64,000 nt of DNA from Octopus sinensis (lineage: Eukaryota). Below, piece by piece: positions 25,174-38,200 of the stretch. The notes beneath the pieces were generated by a model that saw nothing but the letters and a program-made list of their open reading frames with translations, made no database searches and had not been told where the DNA came from. Each line of letters begins with the position of its first letter. Positions within the stretch are counted from its first letter, which is position 1. The stretch spans positions 101,308,001 to 101,372,000 of the forward strand of contig NC_043004.1 of the NCBI RefSeq assembly GCF_006345805.1, written 5' to 3'. Both the position numbers and the translations under genes were made by a program.

Positions 25174-27179
25174 TTTTATAGGGAGAGAGATTGGTAGATA
25201 GATAGAAGGATGACTAGTGAGTAAGAAGGTAAGTGCTGTGTGCAATAGCTCTGGGCCTAACAAAACCATGTGAGTGGATTTGATGGACAATAACTTTAAA
25301 AAGGCTCGTTGTGTGTGTGTGCAATGTGTATGAGTTTTTTTTTTTATGTCTTGACATCATGTGTTACTTGTAGATGTATGCTGTCATCATACAAGTGGCG
25401 TCCTTTCTTTACAGTCTTCTGTGAAAAAATGTCCAACCATGGGGGAAATATAACATTACTTGGAAATAAGTAATGGTTGGCAACAGGAAGGGTGTCCGGC
25501 TATAGAGAATATATACCTCAACAAGTTTTGTCTGAACCATGCAAACATGGAAAAATTGATGTTAAAAACGATGACAGTGTGTACATATATGTATACAAAT
25601 GTGTATATATGTATGAATGCATTTGTATGTATGTATGTGTGTGTACAAGCCAGAAAGCAATGCAAATAAAAATTACATTACTTTCTGACTTGCCCTCCTC
25701 TGTATGTGTATACACAGACGCTTACATGTATATACATTTGCATGTGTGTATATATGTATTATGTATACATATGTGTATAATCATATATATATATGTATGT
25801 ACTTGCATGCATCTATATATATGCATTTGCATGTATATGTGTGTATATATATATGTGTGTGTGTGTATCTATATATGTGTATGTATATATGTGTGTATAT
25901 ATACATGTCTATGTACATGTGTGTATATATATACATGTGTGTGTATATATGTATATATACACGTGTGTATATGTGTGTACAGATATGCATGTATATGTAC
26001 ATATAGATATGTATGTATGTGTAGTAATGTGCATGCATATGTGTATATATGTGTATATGTATGTATATATATGTGTGTGTGTGTGTGCATATATATATAT
26101 GTATGTATATAAATGTATATACATACATGTATGTATGTGTATATATGTATATATACATGTGTGTGTATATGTGTGTGTGTGTGCATATATATATATATGT
26201 ATGTATATAAATGTATATACATACATGTATGTATGTGTATATATGTATATATACATGTGTGTGTATATATACATATGCATGTATATGTATATATACATAT
26301 GTATGTATGTGTATTAATGTGTATATATGTATATATACATGTGTGTGTATATATACATATGCATGTATATGTATATATACATATGTATGTATGTGTATTA
26401 ATGTGTATGCATGTGTATATATGTATGTATATATGTGTATGTATATATATGTATGTATGTATATGTATGTATATATATATATATATATATGTATGTATAT
26501 ATATATATATGTGTGTGTGTATGTATATATATATGTATATACATATGTATGTGTATGTATGTTGTACATATGTATGTATATGTGTATATATATAGATGTA
26601 TGTCTGTATAGATTTATATGCATCTCATTTGTGTATATATATATATATATATATATATAATGTGTACAATCATCATCAAAATTTAACCTTGACTTTTCCA
26701 TATTTGTATGCGTCAGACAGAATTTGTTGAGGCACATTTTCTACAGCTGAATTCCCTTCCTGTCTTTACCTGTTTCCATGCAATGTAATATTTTCACCAT
26801 CGCTAGGCATAGCTGTCTGAGCCTATTTTGCCACAGACATGAGAACGAGAATATTCTTCTATAACCTTCTACCCGTGTATGTATACAGGTGCAAGCATGG
26901 TTATGTGGTTAAGAATGTTGCCTTTGTAGCTCGACGATTTCCGTTTCAGTCCCAGTCTGCCACCCTGTGTGCAAGTGTCTTCTACTATATCCTGGGATCA
27001 ACTAATGCTTTGTGAGTGAATTTCTTAGTTGGAAACTATGAGAAGCCATCACACCTATCTGTGTGTGTGTTGTACAAGTTCAGGAATATTATTTCAGTAG
27101 TCACTGTGCATATGTGTGTATATGTATATGTATGTAGTCTCACTCATGTCAGCATGGAATAATGGATGTAAAAATGATG

Positions 27180-27215
<36 letters not shown>

Positions 27216-30200
27216 TCATGTGCATATTGTATGTATTTGTATGTATTGTGTATGTAATATGAATGTAGTGTGAAGGTATGTGTAATTCATCTCATTACTC
27301 AGTAACATTATTCATATTATTATTAATATTAACTAGGCCATTAGGGTATAGAATATGAGATTGCGGTTTGCATCCTTTCCTAATTTATTAGTACATTTTT
27401 CTTCACAATGTCTTTAAGTGTGCTCCAGTTTTGTAAAACTGCTCTTTATTCCTTCTCTCCTAACATAGCTAACTAATGTCAATATTAGTCAGTACATATT
27501 GTGTTAAGTTAAGTTTTTGGCTCAAAAAGCAAGGCCATGTAGGGGGACATGGAGACATGGAGTTACATACAGGGAGGGTGTTTATGCAAAGAGTTCAGGT
27601 CATTTCTGGTCAAGAGAGACTTTGAACCGAGCGGTCGTCAGCATCTTCACTATCTCGTCCGGCAGCTTATTCCACGGATCCGCAACCCAGACAGAGAAAG
27701 CCCCTCTCCTTCAATTGAGATGAAATCATCGCAGGTAGAGCTTTTTGGAGTGACCCCGCAGCCGACACTCTGGAGCAGGAGTGAAGAACAGCTCTTTCGA
27801 GAGGTTACACTTTCCGCTTATGATGTTGTGAGCGAGAATGAGATCACCACGGCATCGTCGTTTTTCTAGAGAATAAAGGTCAAGCATCTTCAGCCTTTCT
27901 TCATAAGACAAATGCTTGAGACCAGATTTTTAGCCTTGCCCTAAAATCATTTAGATTTCTAAAATCACTTGAGAGAATATGTATATCTAACAACTGGTTA
28001 ATCATGATTTCATTTTAATCGCATTCAACATTGATGTGGTTAGAACCATGATGTTCTCCCTGACAGACTCTCTATATATCTTTCTGATATCTAAAAGAAG
28101 TCATCATGCAGTCTGTGGATGTGTTTTGCTATAAAGTGTATGTGGAAAATAACACCATAGTATATATGAATTAACTCTGAATACAAATGGATTATAGCCA
28201 CTATATTCTGACATAACTAATTTTATAATCTCCAGAGAGAACATACAACTGGCCAATTTAATTATCAACATAAGCTACAGTCAGACAATGCAATTTATTT
28301 TATATCAAAGCTGGAAATATACTCCTATAGAATTAAATAATTCAATAGTTCTGTGATGTGTTACATAATTTTCCCACTAAATATATAGAAATATATTGAA
28401 GGATTTGGAAATGAGTGACATATTTTTATATAAGACAGTGATTGGAGTTAATATTGCAACACTTAAAGATAGTATTATTTGATTCAACCTAGAATTTCTC
28501 TTTTCTCTCCAATAAACTGGACGTCTGGCCCTGTTGACCAGAATATATCTGTCTCACCATGGAAACAAAATGATAATGAATATTTAGGTACAGCCAATAA
28601 CTTTTACTAACAATACAATTTTCCATCCTACAATTTTGTTATAATCACAAAATTTATATCCAAAAGTATTGTATGAAATTCATTATGTGCAACAGAAGAG
28701 GTATTAGATAAAAAAAAATAGCTATCAGTGGAAACTACTCCTTATTTGCTAATTCTTATCCTTTGAGTAAAACTGCCTTCAAGTTTTCCTTGCAATCTTC
28801 AAATCTAAAAATTAAAAAAAAAAATTTTTTGTACTTTGTTTTCTGTTTTGTTTTGGTAAAATTACTTTCCCTAGATTTGTATGCAAGACTAAGATCAAAG
28901 CTTTATTTTTAAATGGCTTTTTGTTGCACCAAATGTTATTATTAAAGAGCTGCCAAATGAGTTTGATTCCCAGACCAGGCTGTGTGTTGTGTTCTTGAGC
29001 AAGACAATAAATTTCACGTTGCTCCAATTCACTCAGCTGTAGAAATGAGTTGCGACATCACTAGTGCCAAGCTACCTTGGATAACATCGGTGCAATCTCA
29101 TGGTCATTCATGACCAAAGGGGCTCTTTATGCTTTGTTGAATCCAGCAGTAACTATGATAAAAAAAATTATTGCTGCCTTTTATGAAAAAAGATCTAAAT
29201 TATTGACCAGCAGAATATATTTCTGCTCCACAATTTGTTAAAAACAACTATAAAAGAACCAACTTGTTTGTCTTTCATGCTTGCAATTAATTTGTCTTTA
29301 AACAAAATAAGATTTTTCCCTATATTGACTAAGTACAATTTTTAAGACGTGTGCCTTTCAAATATTGTCAGTATTTATGGTTATGTAGTAAGAAGCTTGC
29401 TTCCCAATCACATGGTTTGGGATTTAGTTCCATGGCACCTTGGACAAGTGTCCTGGGCCAACCAAAGCCTTGTGAATAAATTTGGTAGTTGGAACCTGAA
29501 AGAAGCCCATCATATGTGTATATGTGTGTGTGTTTACTGACTCCTTGCCTTGACATTACATGATAGTTGTGAGTCTCCCCATCACACAAGCGATGTTCTT
29601 TGTATCCTATCTTCCATGATATTTCTGGTCATGGAGAAATATTACCTTACTTGGAAACAGTTGAGTTTGCAACAGGAAGGGCATCTGTCTGTAGAAAAAT
29701 CCACCTTAACAAAGTCTGCCCAACCCATGAACATTAAATTATGTGACAATTTAGGACTCATTAAACTCTAAATATTCAGATTATAATGCCAAACAAGGAA
29801 CCTCTATGTGGTTGCTACGTCTGTGAGAAGTTGCAGCTAATTCTCCCTCAAATCATACCTACCCTCTTTATATAAAAAAGACAGATACATTGAATAATAT
29901 ACTTATATAATAAGGTGGCTTGAACATCTTTGATCATGAGTATATTGGCTCAAGGTTGAGGCTAAACAATGAGAGCAAAACCTCAGTTGATTGTTATTTC
30001 TTCTGCAAGTGTTTACTGAATGGTCTCTTCTAGAACCCATTCAATCTTTCCAGCAAACATAAAACCACCAATCAAGACATTGGGGTCTTCAAATAAAGTA
30101 TTGATTATATTGATTTGTCACACAATTTGAAGAGTGATCATTACTTTTAATGACTGTAACACTTATAGTATGCATCTCCACTTTTCTAGCTTACCAGAAC

Positions 30201-31347
30201 TAGGGATTGCAATCTAATTAATGCTTGTAAATTTCTGATTAAAGTAATTAGCTATTTCTACCTATGGTATTGTCTAATTAGTAAACTGAGCCAATGAAAT
30301 CAAACATCTTTATTTAAGAACTCAACACAATTTTTATTGAGTCCTGATATTATAATACTTAGCCTTGTAAGCTAGCACCCTCACAATTCAGCCATTTCTT
30401 TAATCCACTTAATGCCAATCTATCTGAGACCACACCACTCCTCATTCTATGATACAAAATTCCTATTTCAAAATCATGAAAATTGCAACTTTCCATCAAA
30501 TTAGTTAATTTATATTTCTAAAACCAGTTTAACCATTTTGTTATCAACCCGGCTGAAACCGGTTCTGTACAAATGTCTTGTTTTCAGAAGTTTTGAATTA
30601 AAATCTTCCACTAAACCATAGTCACAATTTATGCTCCTGACACTAGCTGAATGATAACTAAGTTATTTTACTAAATTCTTTGCTATATTTAAAGTAATTG
30701 AAAGAAACACAGAGCATCTCAAAATAAATACAGTAACGAAAGGGTTAATAATAACAAAATTATTTCAATAAATTCTTCTTTATTTAATTGAAACAAAAGC
30801 AGTGTTTTTCAACAGAAATATGGTGACAAAAAGGTTAAATAAAATATTACTATCTTAAAATACATTTTCTGAAAGTTTTAACCAGTTTGTCTAAATGATC
30901 TCAACTTTGTGATGATAAGGCACAATGGCTGTGAGGTATAATACTAGACTATAAACTACAATGTCATAGGTTCAAGTCTTAGTTGTGCAGTTGAGTGAGG
31001 TTCACAATCTGCTTGTTCAGTTTACCTCTGCAAAAAAAACTTAAAATGATTCTTTCTACCTACTAGTTAAGTATTTGGCATCAGGAGTATTAGATTGTAC
31101 AAAGAAATTTTCTAACAAGTAAACCATGAAATGACTGTGTTCTGAAGAAGTCCACTTCATATCCACATAGTTCTGGGTTCAATTCTATTTGTGTGGCACC
31201 ATGGTCAAGTGTATTGTTCTGACTACTGGTATTTGAGTGGAATTAGGTAGATAGTAATTGTCCAATATATATATATATATATAATCATTATAGATATAGG
31301 GTAAAAAATTATTAATTTATAATTAATAAATTTCACCGAGTAGTTTC

Positions 31348-31384
<37 letters not shown>

Positions 31385-32208
31385 TAGCATGGAAAGCGGA
31401 CGTTAAACGATATAGTAGATAGAGGAATGAATGAATAAAGAAACGCACAGAGAAAAATCAATAATCCAGTGCTTTTGAATGAAAATTCCCTGAATGATAT
31501 TTGTTTTGCCCAACTTGCTAAAACAATCCCTTCTCACTCTCACCATCTAAAAATGTAGTGAATTAATGATTAATTAGCCCATTTGAAACCTGTAACCAAC
31601 AATTTTCTATCCCAAATTGTGATATGAAACGAGTCTCTTTTGTTTGATTATATTTTCTCTGTTAATGATTAATCTGAATTGAGTATAGTCATCATACTGT
31701 TTTTAAAGATAATCGTTTTTTTCTTATTAACCTAAAATTTCTGTCAGCTATATCATGAAAGAAGTATTTTAGCCATAATTGCTTTATTCACTGCTCATTT
31801 ACTTTTGGGGTGTTCAAATTTTTCTTGCACTTCTGCAGCCTGGTCACTGACACAGAAATTGTATAACTGACCTGGTCACAGAAGTGTATGTGACAAATGT
31901 TGACATTTCAAGAAATAACAGAAAGTGAATTCAATATTTTTTTTTTTTAATAATTTTTCTCTGATTAAAATGACTCTTTTGTGATGTGACTGTTACAGTT
32001 TCAATATACAATCTCAGATCGTACTACTTGCCAAGTGAATACAACTAAAGTTTGTGTATTTAGGGTCTGTAATGATTCCATTATTCAAAGTTCATTGAAA
32101 CGGACGTAAAGAAAGTTTAAAAGCCTATGACTGACAGCAGAATTCATTTCAGATTGAGAAATATTTGCTACATAAGAATATATACATATATATGTTTATA
32201 TGTGTATG

Positions 32209-32255
<47 letters not shown>

Positions 32256-35200
32256 TTATATAATAATACAAGTGAAACGAAATGACTGCAAACCACAAAC
32301 TAAAATCATGTGACTGATTTGCCCCTTTAAAAGCTTTCTTTTATTCTATAACATTGAGGAGCATAAATTTGATTTCTTTTTCAATAATTTTAGTATTTAA
32401 TAAATTTTGGTCATTTTTTTTTTTTCTCAAAACTGCATCAGAGATTTACACTTTACTCCTAACATATTATGTGTTGGTACGTTTGAAGAAAACTATATTG
32501 TTTTGTGTTTATAGTGTTTTTATAGTGGGCAAGTTTTATTTTGGCCTATACATGGTTGGCAAGTTGGTAGAGTGTTACATTTTAATATAGGCAGCAAACT
32601 GTAAAGTTGCTGAGAATTTGGTTTCTAAACTGGTACTTTTTCCTGCTCTTACCTACTGCATGGAATATTTGACAGTCAGCTTAATACATCTCTCTCTCTC
32701 TCTCTTTCTTTCATTCTAGACTATCTCCTGATATCTTCCACGCCCTCTGATATTGTTTTTCTCTCTCTCCTGCCTCTCTTCCCATGCCTCTCTCCTTAAA
32801 ACTTTTAAACAAAATACAATAGACTTTCAAGTTGTACATATGTGCATATTCAATTATTAACTCCCAACTTTTCTATATCTCAATTATCACTCATTGGATT
32901 GCATTTTACTTTTAAATTTTCTCAATACTCACTTCAATTTTTGCATATTCTTTTGCTTCATCTTTAATCCTCTCTAATCCTCTTTGCAAAACAAAAAGAA
33001 AAAAAATTAACAAAACTTACTAATCCATCAGCTATTTTACTAACCTTTAGCAGTTTCTTGTTTATTACTTTTCAATTGACATTTCTAATCAGGCAAGTTT
33101 TCAGGCACCTGTTTCCTGGTACCATTACCATTTAACTCTCTTCACAAACTGGTTTCTTCATTACCCTTCAATTTGACTAACTCTCAGATAAGACTCAAAT
33201 ATCTACATCTTAACCTGTTGCATATTTCACTTTTGCTTTTGTATATTAGGTCTAAATATTACATCATCATCATCATTGTTCGACCGTGTTAGAGACAATG
33301 GAATTTATCATGCTACGCCAGCCTTCACGGTCCATCATGGCATTATGGAGGTCCTGTTGCTGGATGCCTGTATCCCTGTAGATTACATCAGGGTAGGAGA
33401 GTGTGCGCCCTCTCCTAAATATTACACAGAGGCAGACATAATACACATGCTCATCCTTGCACTCACACAGACGTCTGCATCCGACTTCTGATCAGTGTTG
33501 GGTCATTTAAGAAGTAATTATTGACAAGGCTTGCCATTTATGAAAGTTAACAAAACCTGTTGTGAAATTATTAACCTCGGCAACAGCACGTTATGTTGGA
33601 GTGCTACAGGGTTGAGCAGATGCAACATCTCACAGAGATGGAGTCTGACTGATACTCTGCTCAATGGGTCACCTGGGAGGACACCAGAATATGCTAACAA
33701 ATGGTGAATGCAATAACACACTGCAATGGCATATACCTGCAACCCCTGACCTGAGTGCTACTATTTGTTGTCTTTCTATGGTCAAGCATTTAATTATAAA
33801 CAATCACTCCACTGCCAAAATATTTAACATCCAGCACCATTGTTAACTTCTTTCAGTCATTAGACTGCAGCCATGCTGGGTTCATCATCCTAAAGGGGTT
33901 TAGTCTAAGAAATCGACCTCAGTGCTCAAGTCTGGTACTTATTCTATTGGTCTCTTTGCCAAAATGTTAAGTTATGGGGGACATACATAAGCCAACACTG
34001 GTTGCTAAGTGGTGATGGGACAAACACCAAGACACACACACATATGCATAGATGGGCTTCACTACAGTCTCCAGTTACTAAATTCACTCATAAGGCATTG
34101 GTCAGCTTAGGGCTATAGTAGAAGGCACTCATCCAGGATGCCATTCTGTGGAAATGAACCTGAAACCATGTGGTTACAAAGCAAGCTACTTAACCTCACA
34201 TCCATGCCTGCACTTATATTTCAATTTGTAAAATGAGTTATTCATTAGAAGAATGACTAAAGTTTTCTGGATTTCTGGACCAGGCTTTTTGTGTGTGTGT
34301 TTCTGTGTTCTATCCTAGCCTTTGACTATTTCATTCTTAATTTGTGTTCAGTCTAATGGCATGTAAGTGATAATTCAATGAATGAGGATTATGCTGAATA
34401 GAACACTGAGACATAGAAGCAGGCATGGTTTGTAGTTAATAAGTTTGTTTCACGGCTGTTTGGTTCCAAGTTTGATCCTACTGTACCACACTTTAGCCAA
34501 GTGCCTTCTGTCATAGCCCTATATTGACCAATACCTCTTGAATGAAATTTGGTTGATGAAGACTATAGGGAAGCCCACTGTGTGTGTGTCATCATCATTG
34601 TTTAACATCCGCCTTTTGTGCTGACATGGATGGAACAGTCTGACAGCACCCATGACCCTGCTCGAGTGGAGAGGAATGCAGGGGACATGCCTGTATGCAA
34701 GGACAACCACAGTCTTACTTAGCCTGAGGTATCTTTTGAAGCACAGCAAACTGCCAGAAGCCTCTGTCCCCTGTCATCCCTTCTGTGAGTCTCAACATCT
34801 GAAGGTCCTTTCTCTACTCCTTCTACATGTTCCCTTTACAATTAGATATTGCACACACACACACACACACACATATATATGTCATCATCATCGTTTAACG
34901 TCCGTTTTCCGTGCTAGCACAGGTTGGACGGTTCGACCAGGGTCTGCACCAAGCTCCAGTCTGATCTGGCAGTGTTTCTACAGCTGGATGCCCTTCCTAA
35001 CGCCAACCACTCCATGAGTGTAGTGGGTGCTTTTTACATCCCACCAGCACAGAAGCCAGTCAAGGCTTTTTACGTGCCACCGGCACAGGTATTACAACTA
35101 CAATTTCCATTTGATATTTATTTTGATGATATATATCGGATGGTGCTTTTTATGTGCTGGTGGCACGTAAAAAGCACCATCCGATCGTGGCAATTGCCAG

Positions 35201-38200
35201 CCTCGCCTGGCCCCCGTGCTGGTGGCATGTAAAAAGCACCATCCGACCGTGGCCGTTTGCCACCCCCATCTGGCAGCTGTGCCGGTGGCAAGTAAAAAAC
35301 ACCCACTACACTCACTGAGTGGTTTGCGTTAGGAAGGGCATCCAGCCATAGAAACACTGCCAGATCAGACTGGGCCTGATGCAGCCTTCTGGCTTCCCAG
35401 ACCCCAGTCGAACCGTCCAACCCATGCTAGCATGGAAAGCGGACACTAAATGATGATGATGATGTATATATGCATGTGGGTTTGTGTTTCTTTAAGCAAT
35501 ATGAAGAAAGAAAAAGAAATAAACCAGTTCTTTCAATCAAAGTCCCTTGTAATAATTGTTCTACCCAGGTACACAGACAATCATTATAAATACAGCAAAC
35601 TAGTGTTGACCCATTGGAAACCTGTAACCAATGATGCTATTGTTCATAAATCATATAATCTTCCAGACTACTAAACTCATTTTTAGAGTTTATAAAACAT
35701 AATATATACCCTACACACACCTTATTCAGTCAGTTCTAATTACCGATTGTCATCAGGAATAAAATGCCTGATGTCAGTTGAGATTTAGTGTATATATAAA
35801 TATCATAAATATATATTCTGAATATACAGTAAACAGTCTGCAAAATTCTGATCTGGATGACCACAACTAATCTTGGATATTTAAGTTTATGTGCTCCTTT
35901 GGTTATAACCTAATAAATCCACCCATGAAGTTCACATTATGAAAATCCAAGACAGTCCATACTTTCTGCTTATTATAACAGAATTCAGACTCACTAAGAC
36001 TACTAGTTAATCTAGGATTTGGGGTAATTGTGATATTCTGATGATCTTTGCTCTTGCAAATTGTGTTAATTAATGGTCAACATTTTCAGACAAATGTCTC
36101 AGAAGGAAGACCTAGGGGTAGACCAAGAATGAGACGTTTGGAGAATATCTATTGTCTCTGTTGGTTTTCTTTGGAAATTCAGCAGGAAAGTCTAATGACG
36201 GTTGCTTCTGATAGGACCTTATTGATGAGGTGCCTGAAGACTATATCGTCCATGACCTTTTCAGGAATAGTGGACAGAGAAGATGGTTGGATGGCTGTCT
36301 CCACAGAGTGGGCCACTTCAGTGATATGTTAAGAAAATGATGTATCAAGTTCTTTAGAATCTGCAGATCTCTTCCTTTTGAACGGCAGACAATTTCTAGT
36401 TAACTAAACACTTTAAAATTTCGTATACTGGTAGAATGTGTCAAAATAAAACTTTTTTCTCTTGGCTTTCTTGAGAAAATTGTAATTTGTTTGTTTAACG
36501 TAGTTTAATTTTTCGAATTTTAACCAATCCTATGCTCTCTTTTGAGCTAAAATCATTTGCTGCATCTAAAACTGAGACAACATCCTGTAACTAACCCTAA
36601 CCCTAAATTTTTTTTTCTTAATTGTTAAATTAATTTAATTGTTACACATGTAAAAAAACTAAAGCAATAGAATTAAATTAATTTAACAATTAAGAAAAAA
36701 AAATTTATGGTTAGGGGGGAGGTTTAGGGTTAGTTACAGGATGTTGTCTCAGTTTTAGACACAGCAAATGATTTTAGTTGAATGGAGGTAATCGATTGGT
36801 TAAAATTACTGAAATGCTCAGATTTTCAGACGAAATATCTTACAAACCATAAAATTTTCTCAATAAAGCCAAGAAAAAAATGATGTTTCATAAACACATT
36901 CTACCAGTATACGAAGTTTAAAAGTGTTTAGTTACATGGAAATTGTGTTGACATCTGCCGTTCAAAAGGAAAAGATCCGAATCTGCTTTATAACTCATTA
37001 ATAACTTGAGTCTCCCTCCCTCTCTCCACTTGTTACGTGTCTCTCTGCCATATTCCATAACAGTTACCTTCTTTTGAGGACTGGGAGTAGATGGTGCTGC
37101 CTTACATCTATGGCAGCATTTAGAAAGGAGGAGCCTGTTCAGCCATTACTTAAGTAGATTTTTTTTTTTTTTTTTTTGCAGTATAAAGACATGGGACACT
37201 CAGAGACATCTTGTTGTTCTAAGCCTTGTCTATGGCTCATATTCTCTTATAGTTCTTGACTCCTAGTTGATATCACAGTTGTCAGAATATCACTTTGTAT
37301 CTCAAGTAACCTGCTGAGATTTTTTTTTGCATCCTATCTTAGCTCATTAAAGAAGCAACCATATTATTCTTGGCAGTTTTAATTGATACCTCTTTTGTTG
37401 ATTTAGTGTACACTCATTTCTACAGATCTTTGACTCCTTTTCATAAAAAACTGATTTTCTCTTGCTATAGTAAAAACAGGCAGGGACAGAAAAAATAAAA
37501 TTCCACTGTTCTTTTTCTGTATTTTTCCTTGGAAATTTTCTCAATGACTAATAAAGATAAACTGGTAATGAAAGACCATGGCTTCTGAAATATCTACTAG
37601 AATGGATTTATTTATAGGTGCTGAGATCTTGGTCACTTTTTTTATTTTATGTTTTTAACCTAACTCTTCCATTTGGTTCAATTTCTTACATGACTATTCC
37701 AAACTGTTCCTATCTTTTCACTTAACAAACCCAACCATCAAACCAAAACATAGTCTGAAAGTATGGATTCAGACGCAAATTAACCTAATACTACAACCTT
37801 ATGTAAATGGAACAAAACCAGCAGATAAATAAGAACATTAAAAAAAAAACAATTAATAAAGAAAAAAAGAAACAATCTTCATCTAATTTACATCTCCATA
37901 ATTTTTCTCTCTGTCTGCAGGAATTTGCAAAGTAGTCGAAACACTATCCATAAAAACCTGGTTCTCTGTTTGATGTTAGCTGAAATTACATTTCTAGCCG
38001 GTATACACCAGGTCAAAAATAAAGTAAGTATTTCTTAGGGTGCTTTATTTTTTTTTTTTACTTCCTTTTACCTTTAAGGATGTGGACAGTCTTATAAGCA
38101 AGGAGAATCTTGAAGTATGCTAATAGGGTTTTATATTAAAAATTTTTATCACTGGTTTTGAGATGATCTACTGGTGTATGGAGTAGGAAATACCTTTGGG

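Noticed and set aside
25477-26737. Long C/V/Y/I/H-rich ORFs on both strands (also 60397-61076)
   Set aside because: Translations of TA/TG microsatellite and minisatellite, which lack stop codons by composition.
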